Shown here piece after piece: positions 1 through 9,347 of a DNA stretch of 64,000 bases (positions within the stretch are counted from its first letter, which is position 1; every line of letters starts with the position of its first letter). The notes beneath the pieces were generated by a model, which was not told the origin of the DNA, did no database searches, and worked only from the letters and a program-made list of their open reading frames with translations. This DNA comes from Pseudomonadales bacterium (GTDB lineage Bacteria > Pseudomonadota > Gammaproteobacteria > Pseudomonadales > Oceanobacteraceae), in NCBI GenBank assembly GCA_965197005.1, contig OZ239982.1:1456322-1520321 (forward strand), given 5' to 3'. A program made the position numbers and the translations under genes.

Positions 1-853
1 TGTTTTTAGCCTCTGCAAAAACCGCATTAAAACGCTCAGGGTGGCGTGGAATAAGCATAAGCAATGTATTTTCTTTTGCATATTTTTTAAACTGCTGTAA
101 TAACAGCATTTCCTCGCCAGTATGAGAGGAGGCCAATGCAATAACCTGTTTGTCTGCACCCCATTTGTATCGTAATTGTGCGCCTTTTGGCAAAATATCA
201 TCAGCTAAAGGTTGCTCAAATTTAATATTGCCCACCACCTGTATTTGAGGCTTCACTGATGTTTGGCGAGTTAAAAACCGAAAACGCCTAGCATCGGCTT
301 TTTGCTGCGCTAAAATAACGCTAAATTGAGAAAAAACCAGCTTAGACAAGCAACTCACAGTAGCATAACCACGAGCTGATTTTTTAGACAAGCGGGCATT
401 CGCTAACACCACAGGCACATGTTGCTGTTTTGCTTTCAATATTAAGTTTGCCCAAACCTCAGTTTCCATAATAATTAAAACCTGTGGTTTAACTCGTCGA
501 AAAATAGCCGCATAAAAATAACTCACATCATAGGGTAAATAGCTATGACCAACGCCATTGCCTAGCTCACGTTGAAGCTGAGCCGAACCGGTAGGTGTGG
601 TTGTCGTAACAAAAAATTGCAAATCTGTTTTTTGCTGGCGCAACTGCTGAATTAAAATCACAGCCGCTTTAACCTCCCCCACTGATACTGCATGTATCCA
701 TACCTCAGCCTGTTTAATTTCTGCACTTAAATAACCAAAGCGTTCAGAAATACGCTGCCAATAGGTGCGTTGCTTTATACCTCGATACAACAAACGTAAT
801 AACATGGGCAACAGTGCCACAAGATAAATACAACGATAAAAAAAGAGAGCCAT
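1..853 (-). CDS. waaA: 3-deoxy-D-manno-octulosonic acid (Kdo) transferase, N-terminal part; the 3' end lies beyond the window start
   Basis: My own minus-strand translation from the ATG at 853..851 gives MALFFYRCIYLVALLPMLLRLLYRGIKQRTYWQRISERFGY...WIHAVSVGEVKAA...TTTTPTGS. This matches the conserved WaaA/KdtA N-terminus. The frame stays open to position 1, and the ORF is missing from the track because it runs off the edge. Confidence 0.8.
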   Translation of the reverse strand, partial: MALFFYRCIYLVALLPMLLRLLYRGIKQRTYWQRISERFGYLSAEIKQAEVWIHAVSVGEVKAAVILIQQLRQQKTDLQFFVTTTTPTGSAQLQRELGNGVGHSYLPYDVSYFYAAIFRRVKPQVLIIMETEVWANLILKAKQQHVPVVLANARLSKKSARGYATVSCLSKLVFSQFSVILAQQKADARRFRFLTRQTSVKPQIQVVGNIKFEQPLADDILPKGAQLRYKWGADKQVIALASSHTGEEMLLLQQFKKYAKENTLLMLIPRHPERFNAVFAEAKN

Positions 854-1163
854 TATTATTCCAAACAATTTAAAATGAGGATTTTATCTTAATTAAGCAT
901 AAATTAGTTATTTGATATAAGGCAAAATCTAAAAAATCAATTACACTAAACTAAACAATAAATTTGCAAGTATTAATCACTTTGTAGCAACTGTTTTTAT
1001 AAAGCGTCACAAAATGCTAAAACAATATTACCCTAGCAATACATTTATTTCTAAAATAGTGCTTAGAAATGGTATTTGATATTTATAATTCTGTTGAAAA
1101 CCTGATAACATCATACTGATTAATATGGTTTTTAACTAGAATTGACTAGCAAGGCAATAGAGA

Positions 1164-4100
1164 ATGAACGGTAAACGACAACATATTTCACAACAGCTCA
1201 ATCGTCGGGTTAAGATTTTAGGCTTAATCACGATTATCTCTGTTGCTACTGTAATTATTATTGCCTATACCTCTTTGTTATTTCAACAAAAAGATCGTTT
1301 TATCAGTCTTAAAAACAGCTCTGTATTAGAGGTTGAAAACTACCTCTCTGATGTTTTTTCTAGCTTACAATCCATTAATGACGCGCTGATGGTTTCTGAC
1401 GATAAGGCAAACTTATTAAACATTGCTCTAAGTCACAGAGAAAAAATCAAAGAAGTCTATTTAATTGAGAACAATAAAATCACCAGCTCGAGTAGCTATA
1501 TGTTGCGAGACATTAATTTAGCAGACAAACAATTAGCCAGCTGGTTAGCCAATTCATTTTCCAATGATGTGTATATGAGCCAGCCTTTTTTTGACCACAA
1601 TACCATTCCATATATCTATATTGGCACCAAAACCCGTAATGAAAGCAGCCAAGTCATACAAACTTTGGTGGCACGCTTAGATTTATCTAACCTTTGGGTA
1701 TATCTCAATCGTTTGGATTTAAACAAACAAGCAAGCACGGTTATCTATGATAAATCTGGGCGTATTATTTTGCATTCAAACTTACAAACTCTAAATAATA
1801 CTCGCTATATTGATAAACTATTTGATAACCCCGAATATACCGAGATAACAGATTTAGCGTTAAAAAGAAGAAATAAAAATCAGTTTTTTCTCCTAACAGG
1901 ACAACGCATATCCAGCACGACCTGGTATTTAGCTATTGAATACTCGCTTAGCAGTGTCACCAGTGTTTTTCTGCTGTCTGTTTTAGTGTTGGCTTTATTT
2001 TTCTCTTTAATTATTTTCTTGATTTATCAAATCAATCACTTTACGAGTAAAAAAGTCATTGAACCTATTTTTTTATTGCAACGTGGTGTAGAAGAATTAG
2101 AGGCAGGCAACTTAAATCATCGTTTAAATGATTTTGGCAATAATGAATTAGGTTATATTGCATTAGTGCTTAACAAGCTCTCATCTAGGTTATCTAACAC
2201 CTTGGCAAATTTAAACCATCGAGTAAAAGAGCTCAACACCAATAAACAAGCCTTAGAAAAAAGTGAAGCCAACTATCGCTCAGTGGTAAACAATGTAAAA
2301 GAAGTGCTCTTTAATACAGATCCTCAGGGTCGTTGGCAGTTTTTAAATCCCGCATGGGAAGAGATTACAGGTTTTAGTGTAGAAGAAACCTTAGGCAAAG
2401 ATATTTCTGATTTTATTTATGATGAAGATGTAGAGCACTGTTTAAAAACCTGCCATCAAATTTTAGGCTGTAACCTAGACTCTTATGAAGGTGAAGTTCG
2501 AATGTTGAAAAAAACAGGCGAATATCTATTTATGCAAATTTTTGCCAGCCCTTCATTTGATGATGCAGGTCATATTTTAGGTGTAACAGGTGTATTAAAT
2601 AATATTACAGAGCAAAAACTGGCACTCAAACAACTAAAACTGACCTCCAAAGTTTATGTTAATGCTCGTGAGGCGATTATCATTGCCGACCATGATGGTT
2701 TTATTGTTGATGCCAACCCTGCTTACAGCAGTATTACCGGTTATGAGATTAATGATGCCCTCACTAAAAACATTGGCATTGAAAACAACAACCTTAATCC
2801 CATTCACTTTAAACAAACGGTTTTAGAAGAAGCAAATCGTGTTGGCTACTGGAGTGGAGAACTAGAACAGACAGACAAAAACGGCAATGAATTTGTTATT
2901 CAGCTTACCATCAGTGCCATTACTGAAGGCAATAAAATACAAAACTATGTCGCCCTTTTCTCTGATGTTACAGAAAAATTTGAATATAAAAAGCAGCTTG
3001 AATACAGCGCTCATTATGATTCACTGACCAACTTGCCTAACCGTATTTTACTGGCACAAAACATAAAAGAAGCAATGGCAAAAGCACTACATGAAGATTA
3101 TCAAATTGCCATTTGCTACTTAGATTTAGATGGTTTTAAAGAAGTGAATGATATTTATGGGCACAATACAGGCGATAAACTGCTGATAGAAATTGCCGAA
3201 AACATCAAACAAACATTAAGAAAGCAAGACTTTATTGCTCGCCTTGGTGGTGATGAATTTGTGGCGGTTTTAATTGATATAGAAGAAGAAGCCTGTAAAT
3301 CTGTCCTTATGCAGCTACTGCAAACGGTCTCTCAACCCATGCAGGTTAACCATGAGCGTAAAGTACAAATTTCTGCCAGCTTAGGGGTCACTTTTTACCC
3401 ACAGCAGGGCGATTTTGATGCGGATCAACTGCTGCGCCAAGCTGACCAAGCTATGTATCAGGCAAAAATCTTAGGCAAAAACCGCTACCACTTTTTTGAT
3501 ACCGATAAAGACCGTGACTTACGGGGTATGAACCAAATTTTAGAACAAATTGCTTTAGGCGTTCAAAAACAAGAATTTGTACTGTTTTATCAACCCAAAG
3601 TCATGATGAAAACAGGCGAAGTCATTGGCTTTGAAGCCCTTATACGTTGGCAACACCCAGAGAGAGGACTGCTCTCACCTTTTTATTTTTTAGACCCTCT
3701 CAAAAATCAGCCTTTATCTATTGAGGTAGGCAACTGGGTAATTAAACAAGCCATATCACAGTTATCCACTTGGAATAAAAACGGCTTTAAAACAACCATT
3801 AGTATTAATGTAGACAGTTACCAGCTACAGCAAAGTAACTTTATCGCCTCGTTTATTGCTATTTTAAATGAGTATCCTAATGTGCATAACTCACAGGTTG
3901 AGTTTGAAATTTTAGAAAGTAACGCCTTAGAAGATATTTCATCAGTTTCACAAGTGGTGAAAGACTGTCGTGATATGGGGATACATTTTGCGCTAGATGA
4001 TTTTGGCACAGGTTTTTCCTCTTTATCTCATCTTAAAAACCTACCCGTACGCGACCTTAAAATTGACCGTAGTTTTATACGTGACATGCTTGAAGACCTT

Positions 4101-4673
4101 GATGATTTAAGTATCTTAGATGGTACTTTAGGCTTGGCTCAAGCGTTTCGTCGGGGCGTGGTTGCAGAGGGTGTTGAGACCATTGCCCAAGGCGATATAC
4201 TTTTAAAACTGGGCTGTGAAGTTGCCCAAGGTTTTGTGATTGCCAAGCCCATGCCCCAAGAGCAAGTATTAGACTGGATTAAAAAATGGCAAGTGCCAAG
4301 TAGCTGGCAAGAGCAAGAACCCTTACAAAGAAAAGACATTCCTTTATTATTCTTATTACTAGGACACCAAAGCTGGACTAAGCGGTTCTTTCAATTTATC
4401 TCTTCAAATGACAAAGAAAATGACGTTAACTGGAGTGACTGCCGTTTTCATAACTGGCTAAAAGAAGATGGAAACCTGCACTATAAAGATGAACCCATTA
4501 TTGATGAATTAATTAATTTGCATGCCACCATACATGAGTTTGCACAAAATATGACTATTCAAAAATCAAAAAACCCAGATGCTCCTTTAACGGATATGGA
4601 AACTGAACTTAAAAACATCAGTGAACAATTTTTATCCATGTTAAAAGAGCTGTCTTCCAGTAAATTAGATTAG
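1164..4673 (+). CDS. Membrane sensor protein with PAS, GGDEF and EAL domains and a C-terminal CZB (zinc-binding) domain; c-di-GMP turnover
   Basis: 1169-aa ORF. It has an N-terminal TM, a periplasmic-type region, a second TM and a HAMP-like linker, followed by two PAS-like segments. The GGDEF motif is intact (RLGGDEFVAV) and the EAL motif is intact (FEALIRW). The tail carries an H-x25-C-x27-H-x3-H signature. Confidence 0.85.
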   Translation: MNGKRQHISQQLNRRVKILGLITIISVATVIIIAYTSLLFQQKDRFISLKNSSVLEVENYLSDVFSSLQSINDALMVSDDKANLLNIALSHREKIKEVYLIENNKITSSSSYMLRDINLADKQLASWLANSFSNDVYMSQPFFDHNTIPYIYIGTKTRNESSQVIQTLVARLDLSNLWVYLNRLDLNKQASTVIYDKSGRIILHSNLQTLNNTRYIDKLFDNPEYTEITDLALKRRNKNQFFLLTGQRISSTTWYLAIEYSLSSVTSVFLLSVLVLALFFSLIIFLIYQINHFTSKKVIEPIFLLQRGVEELEAGNLNHRLNDFGNNELGYIALVLNKLSSRLSNTLANLNHRVKELNTNKQALEKSEANYRSVVNNVKEVLFNTDPQGRWQFLNPAWEEITGFSVEETLGKDISDFIYDEDVEHCLKTCHQILGCNLDSYEGEVRMLKKTGEYLFMQIFASPSFDDAGHILGVTGVLNNITEQKLALKQLKLTSKVYVNAREAIIIADHDGFIVDANPAYSSITGYEINDALTKNIGIENNNLNPIHFKQTVLEEANRVGYWSGELEQTDKNGNEFVIQLTISAITEGNKIQNYVALFSDVTEKFEYKKQLEYSAHYDSLTNLPNRILLAQNIKEAMAKALHEDYQIAICYLDLDGFKEVNDIYGHNTGDKLLIEIAENIKQTLRKQDFIARLGGDEFVAVLIDIEEEACKSVLMQLLQTVSQPMQVNHERKVQISASLGVTFYPQQGDFDADQLLRQADQAMYQAKILGKNRYHFFDTDKDRDLRGMNQILEQIALGVQKQEFVLFYQPKVMMKTGEVIGFEALIRWQHPERGLLSPFYFLDPLKNQPLSIEVGNWVIKQAISQLSTWNKNGFKTTISINVDSYQLQQSNFIASFIAILNEYPNVHNSQVEFEILESNALEDISSVSQVVKDCRDMGIHFALDDFGTGFSSLSHLKNLPVRDLKIDRSFIRDMLEDLDDLSILDGTLGLAQAFRRGVVAEGVETIAQGDILLKLGCEVAQGFVIAKPMPQEQVLDWIKKWQVPSSWQEQEPLQRKDIPLLFLLLGHQSWTKRFFQFISSNDKENDVNWSDCRFHNWLKEDGNLHYKDEPIIDELINLHATIHEFAQNMTIQKSKNPDAPLTDMETELKNISEQFLSMLKELSSSKLD

Positions 4674-4747
4674 TGCAATAAAACAAAGCGCAAGTTTATA
4701 TTTTGTAGTAATATTCAGGCTTTGAAATTGAATAAAGCAAGATAAAT

Positions 4748-6178
4748 ATGACCCTTTCACTTCCTGATTTTAAACTTGCCAATGTCTTGGTTGTTGGCGA
4801 TGTTATGCTAGATAGATACTGGCATGGCAGCACCTCACGCATTTCTCCAGAAGCCCCTGTACCCGTAGTTAACATTAACGATTTAGAAGACCGTGCAGGC
4901 GGTGCAGGTAATGTGGCATTAAACATTGCTGCACTAGGTGCAAACAGCAGTTTAATTGGCTTAATTGGTAAAGACGAAAATGGCGAACAATTAACTCAGC
5001 TACTCAATAAGCAAGGCATTCAAACCGACCTAATTGATGATAACAATATTGCCACAATTACCAAATTACGCATTATCAGCCGCCACCAACAATTATTACG
5101 TTTGGATTTTGAACATCAAAATAACCAAATTAATGCAAAGTTGCTAGACAAAAAGGTTCATCAACGGCTTAAACAAAGCAATGCTTTGGTTTTATCAGAT
5201 TATGGTAAGGGGGTATTACACAATCCCCAACCACTTATTGAGCAAGCAAAAAAAAATCATATCCCTGTACTTATAGATCCCAAAGGGACAGATTTTGAAC
5301 GCTATCGCCATGCCAGTTTAATTACCCCAAATCTCAGTGAATTTGAAGCAGTTGTAGGTCAATGCAAAGATGATAAGCAGCTCGTAACAAAAGCACAAAC
5401 ACTCATTCAAGACTTACAACTAGATGCCATACTCATTACTCGTAGTGAAAAAGGCATGACCTTAGTCCAGCAAGATGCCCCTGTATTTCATTTACCCACC
5501 AGCGCACGGGAAGTATTTGATGTAACTGGGGCTGGAGATACCGTTATTGCTACGTTAGCAAGCTGTTTAGCAAGCGGTATCAATCTCATTGATGCAACCT
5601 GTATTGCCAATGCTGCCGCTGGCGTAGTGGTTGGTAAATTAGGTACAGCCAGCATTAATCCTAATGAATTACAACAAGCATTAACACCGCAAGCACCGCT
5701 TACAGGCGGCATCACCAGCAATCAAGATATGCAACAAATCATCAAAACAATTCATGCAAGAGGCGAAACCTTAGTAATGACCAACGGCTGTTTTGATTTA
5801 CTCCACCCTGGGCATATTCAATATTTACAAGAAGCAAAAAACTTAGGGGATTACTTACTGGTTGCGGTTAATTCTGATAAGTCAGTGCGCCGCTTAAAAG
5901 GCACTCAACGCCCTATTAATAACCTGCAAACTCGTATGCAAATGTTATCTGCACTGCAAAGCGTAGATTGGGTAACCGATTTTAGTGAAGACACCCCGCA
6001 ACGGCTTATTCAACAAATACTACCTGACATATTAGTTAAAGGTGGAGATTATCAAATACACGAAATTGCAGGTGCTGATGCTATCAGCAATAACGGTGGT
6101 ATGGTTAAAGTCTTGAGCTTTAAAGACAACCACTCAAGCTCTGCAATTATCAATAAAATCAAGGAGCAAAATATATGA
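4748..6178 (+). CDS. hldE: Bifunctional D-beta-D-heptose 7-phosphate kinase / heptose 1-phosphate adenylyltransferase
   Basis: 476-aa ORF with a ribokinase-like N-terminal half and a cytidylyltransferase motif (TNGCFDLLHPGH) in the C-terminal half. ATGA overlap with the next gene. Confidence 0.9.
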   Translation: MTLSLPDFKLANVLVVGDVMLDRYWHGSTSRISPEAPVPVVNINDLEDRAGGAGNVALNIAALGANSSLIGLIGKDENGEQLTQLLNKQGIQTDLIDDNNIATITKLRIISRHQQLLRLDFEHQNNQINAKLLDKKVHQRLKQSNALVLSDYGKGVLHNPQPLIEQAKKNHIPVLIDPKGTDFERYRHASLITPNLSEFEAVVGQCKDDKQLVTKAQTLIQDLQLDAILITRSEKGMTLVQQDAPVFHLPTSAREVFDVTGAGDTVIATLASCLASGINLIDATCIANAAAGVVVGKLGTASINPNELQQALTPQAPLTGGITSNQDMQQIIKTIHARGETLVMTNGCFDLLHPGHIQYLQEAKNLGDYLLVAVNSDKSVRRLKGTQRPINNLQTRMQMLSALQSVDWVTDFSEDTPQRLIQQILPDILVKGGDYQIHEIAGADAISNNGGMVKVLSFKDNHSSSAIINKIKEQNI

Positions 6179-7134
6179 TTGTCGTAACAGGTGGTGCTGG
6201 TTTCATTGGAAGCAATATCGTCAAAGCATTAAATCAACAAGGGCGCACCGATATTATTGTGGTTGATGATTTAAAACAAGGTGAAAAAATTTACAATCTC
6301 AATGATTGTGATATTTGCGATTACATTCACTACCAACAATTTTTAACTCGTATTGAAATGGATCAACAGCTTGCTGAGCATATTGAGGTTATCTTTCACC
6401 AAGGAGCATGCTCAGACACCACCAACTGGGACGGCGAATACATGATGCGTAACAACTATGATTACAGCAAAAATTTACTACATTATTGCCAGTCATTAAA
6501 AATACCTTTTATTTATGCCTCTAGTGCCTCTGTATATGGTGGTAGCCAACATTTTATTGAACAGCGTGAATACGAAAAGCCCATTAACACCTATGCTTAT
6601 TCTAAATGGCAGTTTGATCAATATGTTAGAAGCATTAAATCAAAGTTTGTTAGCCAAGTAGTTGGCTTACGCTACTTTAATGTATATGGGGCACAAGAGC
6701 AGCACAAAGGGAATATGGCATCGGTCGTATATCATTTTAACCAACAAATTTTAGCCACAGGTGTATGTCAGCTATTTGCAGGGACAGATGGCTATGCAGA
6801 TGGCGAGCAACAACGAGATTTTATTCTGGTTGATGATGTGGTTAAAGTTAATCTCTGGTTTTGGCAAAATACCAACGTATCTGGCATTTATAACTTAGGT
6901 ACAGGACAAGCACACAGTTTTAATGAAGTTGCCGATGCCGTCATAGATTGGCATAAACAAGCAGGCAACGCTGCCAGTAAACGCTATCGTGACTTCCCTG
7001 AACACTTACAAGGTGCATATCAAAGCTACACACAAGCAGACATTTCTCAACTAAGAAAAGCGGGCTATCAAGCAGACTTTGCAGATGTAAAAACAGGCGT
7101 TAAAACCTATTTGGACAGACTTAATGAACACTAG
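6175..7134 (+). CDS. hldD: ADP-L-glycero-D-manno-heptose 6-epimerase
   Basis: 319 aa. The N-terminus MIVVTGGAGFIGSNIVKALN is nearly identical to E. coli HldD/RfaD as I remember it. SDR fold. Confidence 0.9.
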   Translation: MIVVTGGAGFIGSNIVKALNQQGRTDIIVVDDLKQGEKIYNLNDCDICDYIHYQQFLTRIEMDQQLAEHIEVIFHQGACSDTTNWDGEYMMRNNYDYSKNLLHYCQSLKIPFIYASSASVYGGSQHFIEQREYEKPINTYAYSKWQFDQYVRSIKSKFVSQVVGLRYFNVYGAQEQHKGNMASVVYHFNQQILATGVCQLFAGTDGYADGEQQRDFILVDDVVKVNLWFWQNTNVSGIYNLGTGQAHSFNEVADAVIDWHKQAGNAASKRYRDFPEHLQGAYQSYTQADISQLRKAGYQADFADVKTGVKTYLDRLNEH

Positions 7135-8023
7135 CTTATACCACCCAAAACATTGGGCAACTTGGTTTGGTGTAGGCTGTTTATGGCTTATTGCCCACTT
7201 GCCCTTTAGCATACAAATGCGACTTGGAAAGAGATTAGGCAATATTGCATATCGCATAGCCAAATCCAGACGGCATATTGCCGAAACAAATATTCGTTTA
7301 TGTTTTCCAGAGTTATCAACAAACGAGCAAAATCAACTCGTTAAAAAAATATTTCGTGAGCAGTTTATCGGCTTTATTGAAACCACCATTGCTTGGTTTC
7401 GTCCACAAAACTATTTACTAGATAAAACAACATTTCATAACTTTGCACCTACCCAAGCCAAACTCGCAGCCAAAAAGCCGATTATGATATTAGGTGGTCA
7501 CTATGCCATGCTTGATTTAGCAGGCACACTTGCCTGTAACCACATGAACCTTGCTATTAGTTATCGTCCCCTTAATAATCCTGTTTTAAATTACGTTATG
7601 GAGCGTGCTCGCAAACAGATTTATTCTGCCTGTTTAACCCGTAAAGAAACACGTAAATTTATTCGTACAATTAAGCAAGGTTATCCACTTTGGTACTTAC
7701 AAGACCAAGATTTAGGCAGAGAGAATAGTGTTTTTGTTAACTTTTTTGGCATTCCTACCGCTACGATTAATGCCACATCAAGAATTGCCGCTATTGCAAA
7801 AGCCGAAGTCATTCCCGTCAGTTTTTTTCGCCGTCAAGACTATAGCGGCTATGACATTTACTTTCTTGATCCACTCCCCATTCCAAGTGGTGATGAAATA
7901 CAAGATGCACAATTAGCAAATGACGTATTAGAAGCACAAATCAAACGCCGACCCGATCAGTATCTATGGTTGCACAAACGCTTTAAAACCCGTCCAAATG
8001 AGCAGGACGAAAGTCTATACTAA
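7124..8023 (+). CDS. lpxL: Lipid A biosynthesis lauroyl/myristoyl (Kdo2-lipid IVA) acyltransferase
   Basis: 299 aa. The N-terminus (LYHPKHWATWFGVGCLWL...RRHIAETNIRLCFPELS) resembles E. coli LpxL/HtrB. Overlaps hldD by 11 nt. Confidence 0.8.
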   Translation: MNTSLYHPKHWATWFGVGCLWLIAHLPFSIQMRLGKRLGNIAYRIAKSRRHIAETNIRLCFPELSTNEQNQLVKKIFREQFIGFIETTIAWFRPQNYLLDKTTFHNFAPTQAKLAAKKPIMILGGHYAMLDLAGTLACNHMNLAISYRPLNNPVLNYVMERARKQIYSACLTRKETRKFIRTIKQGYPLWYLQDQDLGRENSVFVNFFGIPTATINATSRIAAIAKAEVIPVSFFRRQDYSGYDIYFLDPLPIPSGDEIQDAQLANDVLEAQIKRRPDQYLWLHKRFKTRPNEQDESLY

Positions 8024-9347
8024 GCGTTACGCCCTCCTCTTTAGAACAATAAACCGTACTATCTATACCCAAATTAAGTAACGCAACGGGTTTATTTGCT
8101 CGTAATAAAACAGGGTAACTTGAACGTAACCAAGGGGGAATATTGCCCTCTTGAAATAACTGTTTAAAGGTTTTATGTCCTCGCTTAGGCAAATCCAATT
8201 GACGTACAGCAACCTGACTGGCAGCTTGTAATTGATAGCTACCCGCTTGCAAATGCCCGCTGTTTTTGAAACGCAAACAGTATGCCCCCCAATTAGGTAT
8301 TTGCGCTGCGTTATTTGTGTTAAGACAAATTGTTTGTAAGCCTAAGGCAGGTTCTTCTGGCAAAATCCAATAAAGTACACCTTGATAACGTGTTAAAAAC
8401 CCATTTTGATAACGATATTCAGGTGTTGCAGAAAACTTTGCAGCAATTACGCTATGCTGTATTTCTGCTAATTGTTTGGCATTAGGCGCATACAGACCTA
8501 AACGACTAAACCAGTGACGAATAATTAAATTTTGTCGCTTAACTGGCTGCTGCTGAAGTTTATCTAGCTGTAAAGAACATGCCCCTGTATAAGGATAAAT
8601 AGAGGTTTGATGACAAACTTGATAATACGGCTCAAGTAAATCAGTTAGGCTTTGATAATCTTCATTAAGCTGCTGCATACTGCGATAAATTTGTGCTTGG
8701 CGTTGCCCAAAATGCGCCCACATATTAGGTAAAATATCTGCACGCAACGCATTGCGCTTAAACTTGGTATCTTGATTACTCTTATCTTCTTGCCAAATAA
8801 TCTCATGGGTGTTGGCATAATCTTGCAATTGATGTTTATACAAAGATAAAAATGGACGAGCCAATATAAATCCAGAATACGACTGTACCTCTTGTATGCC
8901 TCTTAATCCTTTCAGTGCTGCCCCACGTAATAAGCGTAAAAAAAAAGTTTCTACCTGATCATCAAGATGATGCGCCAAAAACAACCAGCCCCGCTCTGGC
9001 ATTAAAGCAGTAAAGGCATCAAAGCGTGCTTTGCGTGCTTGTAACTCAAGACTTGCACCCTGTTCAACCTTAACCTCCTTGGTTATCAGCTTAATATGCA
9101 AACCATCACAGAGCTGTTTACAATGCTCACTAACATGCTCCGCATTAGGCTGTAAACAATGATTAATATGAATTGCAGTAATTTGCTGGCAAGGCACAAC
9201 CTGAGCTAACGCATGTAGCAGCACAGAAGAATCTAAACCGCCACTTAAAGCAATAAAGACCGTCTGCGTTGTTGTCATCTGCTGGCGTTGAAAAAAATCA
9301 ACCAATGCTTTATCAATGATAGATAAGCTCAAGTTGCTGCTCTCCAT
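7983..9347 (-). CDS. tilS: tRNA(Ile)-lysidine synthetase
   Basis: 454 aa with a PP-loop motif (ALSGGLDSSVL). An alternative start at Met24 (9278) is possible. The 3' end overlaps lpxL convergently. Confidence 0.85.
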   Translation of the reverse strand: MESSNLSLSIIDKALVDFFQRQQMTTTQTVFIALSGGLDSSVLLHALAQVVPCQQITAIHINHCLQPNAEHVSEHCKQLCDGLHIKLITKEVKVEQGASLELQARKARFDAFTALMPERGWLFLAHHLDDQVETFFLRLLRGAALKGLRGIQEVQSYSGFILARPFLSLYKHQLQDYANTHEIIWQEDKSNQDTKFKRNALRADILPNMWAHFGQRQAQIYRSMQQLNEDYQSLTDLLEPYYQVCHQTSIYPYTGACSLQLDKLQQQPVKRQNLIIRHWFSRLGLYAPNAKQLAEIQHSVIAAKFSATPEYRYQNGFLTRYQGVLYWILPEEPALGLQTICLNTNNAAQIPNWGAYCLRFKNSGHLQAGSYQLQAASQVAVRQLDLPKRGHKTFKQLFQEGNIPPWLRSSYPVLLRANKPVALLNLGIDSTVYCSKEEGVTLSIDFRPAHLDGF

